Assembly (NCBI GenBank): GCA_963816355.1
Contig: CAWFKH010000006.1
Span: 416,001 to 480,000 of the forward strand
From: an uncultured Gemmatimonadales bacterium
GTDB taxonomy: Bacteria; Gemmatimonadota; Gemmatimonadetes; Longimicrobiales; RSA9
Reading direction: 5' to 3'
Length of the DNA: 64,000 nucleotides
Numbering within the stretch: the first letter of the stretch is position 1; each line of letters begins with the position of its first letter. Positions 8,352 through 16,957 of the stretch are shown in pieces. A program made the translations under genes and the position numbers. The notes below the pieces were generated by a model. It was not told where the DNA came from. It saw only the letters and a list, made by a program, of their open reading frames with translations, and ran no database searches.

Positions 8352-10010
8352 TCAGCCGACGTTGCGCTCGGCGCGCGGCGGCCGTCCCGCGTAGCGCGGT
8401 TTGTGGAAGAGGAATCCCTGCGTCAGGTGGACGCCGAGGTCACGCACCGTCTCGAACTCCTCGCGCCGCTCGACGCCCTCCGCGACGACCTTCGCGCCGT
8501 GGTCGTCGGCGAACTTGACCATCGTCTCGACCAGGTGCTGCTTGAGGAAGTTCGTGTCGATGTTCGAGATGAGCGAGATGTCGAGCTTGATGTAGTCGGG
8601 CGCGAGGTTGGCGATCGAGCCGAGGCCGGCGTAGCCGGAGCCGGCGTCGTCGACCGCGAAACGGAAGCCCATCTCGCGGAAGCGCGCCAGGTACTCCTGG
8701 AAGCGCGGGTAGTCCTTGATCGCGGTGCGCTCGGTGATCTCGAGCACGACCCGCGACGGGTCCTCGATGCCGAGCTGCGCCGGCTCCATCTCGCGGAAGG
8801 ACGGATCGTCGAAGTCGTGCGGATCGATGTTCATGAAGAGGTGCTCGCCCTCGCGCAGCTCCTGGATGATCCCCTCGACGGCGCGGCGGCGGCAGAGCCG
8901 GCTCAGCTCCCAGATCAGGTTCGCTTCTTCGGCGACCTCGAAGAGCACCTCCGGCGAGCGCAGCGAGCGGCGCACGCCGCGGGAGAGCGCTTCATAGCCG
9001 TAGACGCGTTCCGTATCGGTCACGATGATCGGGTGGTACTCGATGAAGATCGCCTCTTCCTGAAGTGTCGCGCGCAGGTCCGCGACCTTGCGCGAGAGCT
9101 CCCACTCCTCGGCGCCACGGGCGGCCTGCGCCGCCTCTCGCAGGGCGCGGTAGATGAGGCGCTCCGTGCGGATCTTCGGGTTGCGGAAGACGGTCGCGGA
9201 GCCGATGTAGATGCCGCACAGCGCCGCGATCTCTTCGCCGTGCAGGTCCTCGATGTGGCGACTCAGCGAGCGCTCGAGCGTCGCCGAGAGCTCGTCGAGC
9301 CGCCGCTTCCCCTGACCATCCCCCGTCGCGATCTGCAGGAAGATGATGAAGTTGTCGTCTCCGGTGTGGGAGACCATCATCAGGTTCGCGCCGCCCGGCC
9401 GCTCGCGCGTGTAGAAGTCGCGCAGCCCTGCGGCCGTGCTCTCGAGCACGTCGTCGAGCTTCTGCCAGCCGTAGATCTCCTCGATCTTCTCGTACCAGAC
9501 GAAGTGGATGAAGAGGATCGTGAGCTCGCCCTGCCGGTCCAGGATACCCTGCGCCGTCTCCATCATCACCGGCAGCGTGGGCAGGCCGGTGAGCTTGTCG
9601 TAGAGCAGCTCCTGGTAGCGTACGAGCTGCGCGCGCGTCGGCGTGACCTCCTCGCGGCCCTCGTGGCCCCGCTCCCACGCCGCGCTCAGACGCAGCGCCA
9701 GCTCGGCCTCGTCGACCGGCAGCATCATCCACTCACCCGCGCGCGCGAGCTCTGCGGCGTCGCAGTCCCCGACGCCGTGGCACGCGACGACGAGCGCCGC
9801 GCCCGCGGCCTTCACCTCCGCGATCGCGCGGCGGATCTCCTCCTGGTCCTCGCTCTCGAGCACGACCACGTCCGGATCCTCGCGGAGCGCGTCGCTCGCG
9901 ACGCCGGAGGGATGCGGCTCGCCATCCAGCAGCGTCGCGTCGAGCCGCGCGGCCGCGCCGGTGAGGGCGAGCCGCAGCGCTTCGTCCTGCACGCGTGCCA
10001 GGATCCTCAC
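8352..10010 (-). CDS. c-di-GMP phosphodiesterase: degenerate receiver-like N-terminus, degenerate GGDEF, intact EAL
   Basis: YDKLTGLP, degenerate GDDNF, YEALSR, FMNID, LEITE, DDAGSGY, IKLD, AEGVE, QGFLF. Confidence 0.88.
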   Translation of the reverse strand: MRILARVQDEALRLALTGAAARLDATLLDGEPHPSGVASDALREDPDVVVLESEDQEEIRRAIAEVKAAGAALVVACHGVGDCDAAELARAGEWMMLPVDEAELALRLSAAWERGHEGREEVTPTRAQLVRYQELLYDKLTGLPTLPVMMETAQGILDRQGELTILFIHFVWYEKIEEIYGWQKLDDVLESTAAGLRDFYTRERPGGANLMMVSHTGDDNFIIFLQIATGDGQGKRRLDELSATLERSLSRHIEDLHGEEIAALCGIYIGSATVFRNPKIRTERLIYRALREAAQAARGAEEWELSRKVADLRATLQEEAIFIEYHPIIVTDTERVYGYEALSRGVRRSLRSPEVLFEVAEEANLIWELSRLCRRRAVEGIIQELREGEHLFMNIDPHDFDDPSFREMEPAQLGIEDPSRVVLEITERTAIKDYPRFQEYLARFREMGFRFAVDDAGSGYAGLGSIANLAPDYIKLDISLISNIDTNFLKQHLVETMVKFADDHGAKVVAEGVERREEFETVRDLGVHLTQGFLFHKPRYAGRPPRAERNVG

Positions 10011-10399
10011 GACGCCCGCTTGCCCAGGCTGATGTTGCGCTCGACCTTGGCGCCGAGATCGCTCAGCTTGATCGGCTTGACGATGTAGTCGTCGGCGCCG
10101 GCATGGACGCCCTTCTGCTTGTCCTCGAAGTCGCTGCGCGCGGTGAGCATGACGATGCGGACGTCGTCCAGCTCCGGATGCGTCTTCATCGTCCGCGCGA
10201 CCTCCCAGCCGTCCATTCCCGGCATCATCACGTCGAGGAGCACGAGGTTAGGGTGCTCGTCCTGCACCAGCGTGATCGCTTCGGCGCCATCGTGGGCGAC
10301 GACCACGCGGTAGCCTCTGGCTTCGAGGTAGGTGCGGACGATGTTGAGCGCGTCCGGGTCGTCGTCCACGACGAGGATGGTCCGGTTCTCTTCGGTCAT
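10007..10399 (-). CDS. single-domain response regulator (receiver)
   Basis: ILVVDDD, LLDVMMPGMDG, MLTAR, GADDYIVKP. Stop overlaps the GTG of the EAL gene. Confidence 0.92.
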   Translation of the reverse strand: MTEENRTILVVDDDPDALNIVRTYLEARGYRVVVAHDGAEAITLVQDEHPNLVLLDVMMPGMDGWEVARTMKTHPELDDVRIVMLTARSDFEDKQKGVHAGADDYIVKPIKLSDLGAKVERNISLGKRAS

Positions 10400-10409
10400 A
10401 GGGCCAGCT

Positions 10410-10577
10410 TCAGCGTCGTTGTGCGGTCGCGAGCCACAGCCCGACTCCGATCACGGGCAGGGCGACAATGGCCGCGCTCCACAGGAGCTTGCGGCCGCGC
10501 CCCGCCGGAGTGCCGAAGAGGCGGGCGAGCGCCCACAGCTCCAGCAGGAGCACGAGCAACGCGAGGATCAGCCGCAT
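10410..10577 (-). CDS. small membrane protein, PLDc_N-like (55 aa)
   Basis: Two hydrophobic helices with the K.LW..IV.LP.IG..LW pattern; ATG after GGAG. Confidence 0.6.
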   Translation of the reverse strand: MRLILALLVLLLELWALARLFGTPAGRGRKLLWSAAIVALPVIGVGLWLATAQRR

Positions 10578-10637
10578 CTCTCCGAACGCGGTTCGGGTGT
10601 CGCTGCGCGGGAGGGGCAAGATCTGCGCCGCATCCGC

Positions 10638-12458
10638 TCAGCTCGCGGCGGCCGGCGGCTGCGCGAACTGCAGCTCGTAGAGCCGTGCGTAGAGGCCGCC
10701 CTCGCGCAGCAGCTCCTGGTGCGTTCCCTGCTCGCGCAGCACGCCGTGGTGGAGCACCAGGATGCGGTCCGCGTTCTGTACGGTGGAGAGGCGGTGCGCA
10801 ATGACGAGCGAGGTGCGGCCGCGCATCAGCGTCTCGAGCGCCTGCTGGATCTGCTCCTCGAGCGCCGAGTCGACGGAGGAGGTGGCCTCGTCGAGCACGA
10901 GCACGAGGGGATCGAAGGCGAGCGCGCGCGCGAAGGAGAGCAGCTGGCGTTCGCCCACGGAGAGGGACGCGCCGCGCTCGCCGACCGGCTCGCCGTAGCG
11001 GCGCGGCAGGCGCTCGATGAAACGGTCGGCGCCCACCCGCCGCGCCGCCTCCTCGAGGCGCTCCTGCGGGATCTCGTCCCGGCCCAGGCGGATGTTGTAC
11101 TCGATGCTGCTGCTGAAGACGAAGACGTCCTGCAGCACGAGGCCGATGCGACGCCGCAGCGCGTGCGGGTCCATGGCGCTGATCGCCACGCCGTCGAAGT
11201 AGATCTCGCCTTTCTGCGGCGCGTAGAAGCGCATCAACAGGTTGATGATGCTCGTCTTCCCCGCGCCGGTGTGGCCCACGATCGCCAGCCGCTCGCCGGG
11301 CTTCACGTGGAAGCTGATGTCGCGCAGCACCCAGTCCCACTCCCTGCCGTCCTCCGCCCTCTGGTAGGCGAAGGAGACGTCGCGAAACTCGATCTCGCCG
11401 CGGCCGGGCGTGACGGGCGCGCGCGGCTGCGCGGGCGCGACGATCGCGGGCGGCGTGTCGACGAGCTTGAAGACGCGCTCCGACGACGCCATCGCGCCCT
11501 GCAGCATGTTGTACTTCTCGGAGAGGTCCTGGATCGGACGGAAGAAGCGCCGCGCGTACTGCAGGAAGGCGGCGATGACGCCCACGGTGATGGTGCCGCC
11601 GGCGATCACCTGCAGGCCGCCGTAGGCGAGAATCACCGCGAGCGCGACGGAGGTGAGCACCTCGATGACCGGGAAGAAGAGCGCGTAGTAGGTGATCGAG
11701 CGCAGGTGCGCCCCGAGATAGTCGCGGTCGATCTCACGGAAGCGCCGCTCCGTGTCCGGCTCGCGGCCGAACAGCTTGAGCACCGCCATCCCGGTGATCC
11801 GCTCCTGCAGGTACGCATTGATGCGGGCCAGCCGCACGCGGATGTCGCGGAACGCGTCCCGGATGCGGCCGCGGAAGAAGAAGGCGGCGAGGACGACGGC
11901 GGGCAGCACCGTCAAGGTGACGAGGGCGAGCCGCCAGTTCATCAGCAGCATCACGACGACGATGAAGACGAGCGTGAACACGTCGCCGAAGACCGTCACG
12001 ATGCCGGAGCTGAAGAGTTCGTTCAGCACCTCGACGTCGTTGGTGACGCGGGTCATGAGGCGCCCGAGCGGATTGCGGTCGAAGAAGCCGAGGTGCAGCC
12101 GCTGCAGGTGGCCGAAGATCTCCTTGCGCAGGTCGAACATGACGCGCTGTCCGAGCCACGTGGTGAGCAGCGTCTGTGCGTAGTCGAAGGCGAACGAGAG
12201 CGCGAGCGAGGCGAGGAACGCGATCGCGAGTAGCGTGAGGAAGTGGAAGTCGTGCTGCGGGATGGCGCGGTCGATCGCCAGCTTCGTGAGCCACGGTCCC
12301 ACGAGCTCGAGCGCCGATCCGCCGAGCAGCACGAGCACGGCGACGCCGACGCGCGCGCGATAGGGACGCAGGTAGCCCAGCATGCGCCGCATCAAGCGCG
12401 CGTCGTACGCTTTGCCGAGGGCCTCTTCTTCCTGGACGGACGGAGCTCGTGATGCCAT
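10638..12458 (-). CDS. ABC exporter, fused permease/ATP-binding protein
   Basis: N-terminal TM domain; Walker A GHTGAGKTS, signature LSVGERQ, Walker B LVLDEATSSVD, IAHRLST. Confidence 0.93.
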   Translation of the reverse strand: MASRAPSVQEEEALGKAYDARLMRRMLGYLRPYRARVGVAVLVLLGGSALELVGPWLTKLAIDRAIPQHDFHFLTLLAIAFLASLALSFAFDYAQTLLTTWLGQRVMFDLRKEIFGHLQRLHLGFFDRNPLGRLMTRVTNDVEVLNELFSSGIVTVFGDVFTLVFIVVVMLLMNWRLALVTLTVLPAVVLAAFFFRGRIRDAFRDIRVRLARINAYLQERITGMAVLKLFGREPDTERRFREIDRDYLGAHLRSITYYALFFPVIEVLTSVALAVILAYGGLQVIAGGTITVGVIAAFLQYARRFFRPIQDLSEKYNMLQGAMASSERVFKLVDTPPAIVAPAQPRAPVTPGRGEIEFRDVSFAYQRAEDGREWDWVLRDISFHVKPGERLAIVGHTGAGKTSIINLLMRFYAPQKGEIYFDGVAISAMDPHALRRRIGLVLQDVFVFSSSIEYNIRLGRDEIPQERLEEAARRVGADRFIERLPRRYGEPVGERGASLSVGERQLLSFARALAFDPLVLVLDEATSSVDSALEEQIQQALETLMRGRTSLVIAHRLSTVQNADRILVLHHGVLREQGTHQELLREGGLYARLYELQFAQPPAAAS

Positions 12459-12536
12459 GCCGCGAAGTTAACAGCGGGCGGAGGGGGCGCGCGACACGCG
12501 GCACGGGCGCGAAGCCGTGACGCGCATCGCCTCGCG

Positions 12537-12565
12537 TTGACACTCCGGCGCGAGCTGGGTATGTA
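12537..12565 (+). promoter_or_regulatory. possible sigma70 promoter directly upstream of the GlsB/YeaQ gene
   Basis: Perfect TTGACA (12537-12542), 17 nt, weak TATGTA, 5 nt, ATG 12571; no SD. Confidence 0.4.
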
Positions 12566-12570
12566 TCGGC

Positions 12571-12840
12571 ATGGGAATCGTCGCCTGGATCGTGTTCGGC
12601 CTGCTCGCCGGCGCGATCGCCAAGGGGATCATGCCGGGGAAGGACCCGGGCGGTTGCCTCGTGACGGCGCTGATCGGCATCGCGGGCGCCCTCCTCGGCG
12701 GCTTCATCGGCACGTCCGTGCTCGATTTCGGCACGGTCACCGGCTTCAACGTGCGCTCGCTCGCCATCGCGATTCTGGGCGCCATCCTCCTGCTGCTCCT
12801 CTACCGCATCCTCCTGCCGCGCCGCGAGCGCCGCCCGTAG
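12571..12840 (+). CDS. GlsB/YeaQ/YmgE family stress-response membrane protein
   Basis: MGIVAWIVFGLLAGAIAK.IMPGKDPGG....LIGIAGALLGGFIG...AILGAILLL. Confidence 0.92.
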   Translation: MGIVAWIVFGLLAGAIAKGIMPGKDPGGCLVTALIGIAGALLGGFIGTSVLDFGTVTGFNVRSLAIAILGAILLLLLYRILLPRRERRP

Positions 12841-12854
12841 CGCGCCGCGAACGC

Positions 12855-13643
12855 TCAGGCGAGCAGCGCGCGCACCTCGTCCGCCACACCCTGGTTTGTG
12901 CTGACGACGCTGCCGCCCGTGTGCGTCCGGCGTCCGGCGAGGTCCGTCGCCACACCGCCGGCCTCGGCCACGATCGGCAGCAGCGCCGCCGCGTCCCACG
13001 GCTTCATGACCGGGTCGATCATCGCCTCGGCGCGGCCCGTCGCCACGAGCGCGTGGCCGTAGCAGTCGCCCCACGTCCGCACCAGCCCCGCGCGGAAGCG
13101 CAGCCGATCCCACGCTTCGCCCAGCTCGTTGCGCGGGAGGCGCTCGGCGTCCGTCGTGAGGATGAGCGCGTCCTCGACCCGCGAGACATCCGATACGCGG
13201 GCGCGCCGCCCGTTCCACCAGCAGCCGAGGCCCCGCGCCGCGGACACCGTCTCGCCCAGCGCCGGGAAGTGGAGCACGCCCACTCCGACCTCGCCCCCCT
13301 CCTCCAGCGCGATCATCACGCCGTAGAGCGGGACGCCACGGACGAACGAGCGCGTGCCGTCGATCGGGTCCAGGATCCAGCGTCGGGGCGCCTCCGGCCG
13401 CGTCTCGCCGAACTCCTCGCCCAGGATGCCGTCCTCCGGGTAGCGGCGCTCGATCGCGGCGCGGCACAGCCGCTCCGCCTCCCGATCGGCGACCGTCACG
13501 GGGCTCGCGTCGGCCTTCACCTCCGTGGCGACGCCGCTCTGGAAGTGCGCCAGCGTGATGCGGCCGGCGCGCCAGGCGAGCTCCACCGCGAATTCGTACG
13601 CCTCTCGCAGCGCCGGCGATGCCGGCTCAAGCCCGGCGCTCAC
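12855..13643 (-). CDS. hisN: histidinol-phosphatase-like inositol monophosphatase family protein
   Basis: KAD.SPVT.ADREAE, GEE, WILDPIDGTRSF.RG.P, WGDCYG, WDAAA....EAGG. GTG overlaps the hisF-like stop. Confidence 0.8.
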   Translation of the reverse strand: MSAGLEPASPALREAYEFAVELAWRAGRITLAHFQSGVATEVKADASPVTVADREAERLCRAAIERRYPEDGILGEEFGETRPEAPRRWILDPIDGTRSFVRGVPLYGVMIALEEGGEVGVGVLHFPALGETVSAARGLGCWWNGRRARVSDVSRVEDALILTTDAERLPRNELGEAWDRLRFRAGLVRTWGDCYGHALVATGRAEAMIDPVMKPWDAAALLPIVAEAGGVATDLAGRRTHTGGSVVSTNQGVADEVRALLA

Positions 13644-14518
13644 AGCGGGTGCGCCGGGCGCGCGGCGTCGCCGGCCGCGGCGTCGCCCTGCCGCGCTCCG
13701 CCGGCGCGGAGCGCTTCGCGGCGGATCGCGACGCCATCGGCGGCGAGGCGCCGCTTCACGTCGGCGACGCGTACCGTGCCGTCGTGGAAGAGCGCCCCGG
13801 CGAGGATCCCGTCGGCACCGGCGATCACGAAGGCGTCCCGGATCTGCTCGGCACCGCTCGCGTCGCCTCTGGCGACGACCGGTACTTCGACGCGCTCGAC
13901 CACGCGCGCGGTGAGCTCGAGGTCATAGCCTTCGCCGGCGTCGTCACGATCAATGTTGGCGAGCAGGATCTCGCCGGCTCCCAGCTCGCCGCACTCGGAC
14001 GCCCAGGAGATCGCGTTGCGGTCGGTCGCCTGAGCGCCGCGCCGCGTGAAGACGCGGTACCAGTCGACGTCCTCGACGATCTCGTCGTACGGCGCGGTAG
14101 CCCCCATGTGGTCCGAGGAGACGGCGCCACGGCGGCGCTCGACGCGCGCGTCGATCCCCACGACAATGGCGTGGGTGCCGAACCGCTCCGCCGCCTCGCG
14201 GATCAGATCCGGGCGCGCGATCGCCGCGCTGTCGAGAACGACCTTGTCCGCGCCGGCGCGCAGCAGCCGACCGACCTCCTCGAGGTCGGCGATGTCGCCG
14301 CCCACGGTCAGCGGGATGAAGAGCCGCTCGGCCGTGCGGCGCACCAGTCCGGTCAGGCTCTCGCGGCTGACTTCCTCGCCGGCGACGTCGAGAAGCATGA
14401 TCTCGTCGGCGCCCTCCTCGGCGAAGTGGAGCGCGAGCGACGCCGGCTCGGCGGCGGCGTCGCCGGCCAGACGGCCCTGCCGCGTGTCGATGCGAACGAT
14501 GATGCGCTTCTGTAGCAT
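13640..14518 (-). CDS. hisF: divergent HisF-like (beta/alpha)8 barrel with remodelled active site
   Basis: MLQKRII..D, GADE...LD, IPLTVGG, GADK, VV.IDA, GAGEILL..IDRD..GYD, FH; ATG 14518 after a strong GGAGGAGG. Phosphate-binding motifs are altered (see findings). Confidence 0.85.
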   Translation of the reverse strand: MLQKRIIVRIDTRQGRLAGDAAAEPASLALHFAEEGADEIMLLDVAGEEVSRESLTGLVRRTAERLFIPLTVGGDIADLEEVGRLLRAGADKVVLDSAAIARPDLIREAAERFGTHAIVVGIDARVERRRGAVSSDHMGATAPYDEIVEDVDWYRVFTRRGAQATDRNAISWASECGELGAGEILLANIDRDDAGEGYDLELTARVVERVEVPVVARGDASGAEQIRDAFVIAGADGILAGALFHDGTVRVADVKRRLAADGVAIRREALRAGGARQGDAAAGDAARPAHPL

Positions 14519-14552
14519 CAGGCAGCCTCCTCCCCCTCGATTCCCCGGGACA

Positions 14553-15179
14553 TCACCTGCGCCTCCGCCTGGTCGCCCGCGCGGCGGCGGCGTGGGCGAG
14601 GAAGTTGCGCAGGAGACGCAACCCCGCCGCGCCGCTCTTCTCCGGGTGGAACTGGACGCCCCACACATTCGCGCGCCGCACCGCCGCCGCGAAGCGAACG
14701 TGCTCGTGCAGCGTCCACGCCACCTCGTCCCCGCCGTCGACGGGCACGCCGATGCAACTGTTGGCGAAGTAGGCGCTGAAGGCGGCGATCGCCGTGAAGA
14801 GAGGATCGTCGGGCATCGCCTCCACCGTGTTCCAGCCCAGGTGTGGCACACGCCGCGTCCTCAGCCGCCGCACCTCGCCGGGAATGACGCCGATGCCCGT
14901 GCCCTCCTGGTCGGCGGAGCGATCGAAGAGCAGCTGCATGCCGACGCCGATGCCGAGGGCGGGGAAACCGTCGTCGAGCGCGGAGCGCAGGATGGTGCGC
15001 GCCCGCTCGAGCTGTTTCGCCGCCGCGGCGAAGACGCCGCCGCCCGGCAGCACGAGCGCGTCCGCCGTCAGCAGCAGATACGCGTTCGGCTCCACTTCGA
15101 CCGTCGCCCCCTCGGCTTCGAACGCCCTCTGCAGCGAAAGTACGTTGCCGGCGCCGGAGTCGAAGATGGCGACGTTCAT
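14553..15179 (-). CDS. hisH: HisH-like class I glutamine amidotransferase lacking the catalytic Cys
   Basis: D.G.GN..S, LPG.G.F, GMQLL, VPHLGWN, QFHPEKSG; the nucleophile elbow reads GIGVG. Confidence 0.85.
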   Translation of the reverse strand: MNVAIFDSGAGNVLSLQRAFEAEGATVEVEPNAYLLLTADALVLPGGGVFAAAAKQLERARTILRSALDDGFPALGIGVGMQLLFDRSADQEGTGIGVIPGEVRRLRTRRVPHLGWNTVEAMPDDPLFTAIAAFSAYFANSCIGVPVDGGDEVAWTLHEHVRFAAAVRRANVWGVQFHPEKSGAAGLRLLRNFLAHAAAARATRRRRR

Positions 15180-15326
15180 GGAGGCTCCCGCTCCTCGTCC
15201 TCGTACGGTGCGACGCCCGGACCCACCCAGGATCCGGCGGGAAGGCGGCTGTGCGAAGAACGTGCCGGTCGGTCAGCGCCGGTCGGGACGACTGTGAAGG
15301 TGGGCGCGCGGGATGGCCGCGTCGGC

Positions 15327-16172
15327 TCAGCTCGGCGCGTACTTGCGGCGGACGGCGTGGAGCCACGACATGTAGTGCGGCGCCAGGCGCAGGTCGGGGT
15401 CCTCGCGGATCGGAAACGCCGCGAAGCGGACCTCGCCCTCGTCGCGAAGCGTGCCGAGGTCGAGCGCCTTCAGGTCCGCCACCAGGGAATCGTACTCCTC
15501 GCGCGACAGCACGAACGGGCTCCAGCGCACGCCGTGCGCCGTCCCCTCGCCCGCTTCGCCGCGCTGCAGCACCTCGTTCAGGATGTGGTGCGGAGGCACC
15601 ACGCCGTACGGCACGAGGTCCGGGACGTCGAGCAGGAACTCGGAGAGCGGCCGCTCCAGCGTGCGTTGCCGCCCGTCCGGGTCCGTTCGGCCGTAGGGGA
15701 CGCGACGCTGCTGTCGCGTGCTCGGGCGCGCCTCCACGATCCGCTTCATGCGACGCAGGTCCTCCGCGAGGATCGGCCGCAGCAGCGGCGCCACGACGCG
15801 CGTCGCGACGCGCCCGGCGCGGACGGCGAGGTAGGTGGTCGTGCGCGTTCGACCGGTGCCGAACGGCTCGACGCGCCGCCAGCCCGTCGACAGAACCGGT
15901 CCCTCGCGCGAGCGCAGCGCCATCTCGAAGCCGGTCGTCGTGTCCTCATTGAGCCGTGTCACCTCGTCGATCCGCACGAATCCCCGGCCGAGGAAGCGGA
16001 CGACCTCGCGGATCTGCGACATCGGCTGGAGCGGCGGCGGCGTGAGCACCTCGATCTCGACGACGCCCCGGCGCCATTCGACGTCGTTGCGCACGTCGCG
16101 GACGTAGCCCCAGACGACGTCCGCCGATCGATCGACGACGACGCTCTGAACGAACTCGATCCATGTCTGCAT
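15327..16172 (-). CDS. SRPBCC/polyketide-cyclase-like domain fused to an unrecognised C-terminal domain
   Basis: SVVVDRSADVVWGYVRD..ND.EW..GV and ...EDLRRMKRIVE; a further ~130 aa follow. Confidence 0.7.
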   Translation of the reverse strand: MQTWIEFVQSVVVDRSADVVWGYVRDVRNDVEWRRGVVEIEVLTPPPLQPMSQIREVVRFLGRGFVRIDEVTRLNEDTTTGFEMALRSREGPVLSTGWRRVEPFGTGRTRTTTYLAVRAGRVATRVVAPLLRPILAEDLRRMKRIVEARPSTRQQRRVPYGRTDPDGRQRTLERPLSEFLLDVPDLVPYGVVPPHHILNEVLQRGEAGEGTAHGVRWSPFVLSREEYDSLVADLKALDLGTLRDEGEVRFAAFPIREDPDLRLAPHYMSWLHAVRRKYAPS

Positions 16173-16179
16173 TGGCCAC

Positions 16180-16185
16180 AATATA
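16180..16185 (-). promoter_or_regulatory. -10 element, probable leaderless start of the SRPBCC gene
   Basis: TATATT exactly 7 nt before ATG 16172; no SD; -35 weak. Confidence 0.4.
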
Positions 16186-16231
16186 GCGACCTCGTCGTCG
16201 CGCCGGCACCGGGCGTGGCGGCGCGGCGCGC

Positions 16232-16873
16232 TTAGCTGCGCCGGGCCAGAAGCAGACCGTCGCGGATCGGGACGATCGAGGCGCTCCACGCCGGGTCGGC
16301 CGTGATCCGCCGCGTCAGCTCGCGCACGCCGCGCGTCGCGTCGGACGCGTCCGCTTCGTCGAAGATGCGGCCGTTCCAGAGCATGTTGTCGGTGATCAGG
16401 ATGCCGCCGGAGCGGAGCCTGTCGGCGATCACGTCGAGCGAGCCGGGGTAGCCCGCCTTGTCGATGTCGTTGAACACGAGGTCGAAAGGGCCGCTCGCGC
16501 GCCGCAGCGCCTGCACCGCCTCTCCCACGGTGTAGCGGACGACGTCGCCGAGGCCGAGCGCGTCGAGGTGGCGCCGCGCACGTGCCGAAAGCTCCTCGTC
16601 CCACACCACGTGGTGCACCTCGCCGCCTCCGTTCTCCTTCACCGCCCGCGCGAACCACGCCGTCGAGTAGCCGTAGCCGGAGCCGAGCTCGAAGACGCGC
16701 CGCGCCGCGACCGCGCGGGCGATCAGGTAGCAGAAGTGGCCGGCCGCCGGCCCGATGATCGGGAACTCGTGCTCGCGCGCGTACGCCTCCATCCTCGCCA
16801 TCTCCGGCGGGCGCTCCGGGACCAGCGAATCGAGGTACTCGCGAACGCGCGGCGCGATCAGCTCTTCCGACAT
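16232..16873 (-). CDS. O-methyltransferase (CCoAOMT/YrrM-like)
   Basis: FPII, ELGSGYGYS, FDLVFNDIDK..Y, LRSGGILITDN.LW.G, PIRDGL; ATG after GGAGG. Confidence 0.88.
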   Translation of the reverse strand: MSEELIAPRVREYLDSLVPERPPEMARMEAYAREHEFPIIGPAAGHFCYLIARAVAARRVFELGSGYGYSTAWFARAVKENGGGEVHHVVWDEELSARARRHLDALGLGDVVRYTVGEAVQALRRASGPFDLVFNDIDKAGYPGSLDVIADRLRSGGILITDNMLWNGRIFDEADASDATRGVRELTRRITADPAWSASIVPIRDGLLLARRS

Positions 16874-16957
16874 ATCTTCCCTCCTCCATGCCAACGTGCA
16901 GCGCCGGCCGCATCGGCGGCCGGCGCGGGGGATCCGATCGGACGGCGGTGAAAGGCG

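Noticed and set aside
6531..10088. 1185-aa plus-strand ORF and other long Arg/Ala/Gly-rich ORFs (e.g. 22267-25314, 29689-32688, 30282-32867, 47628-50312)
   Set aside because: Each overlaps a well-supported gene in another frame or strand and has low-complexity, motif-free translation.
15180..15326. Possible his attenuator or leader peptide upstream of hisH
   Set aside because: No His-codon run and no terminator/antiterminator with a U tract seen.
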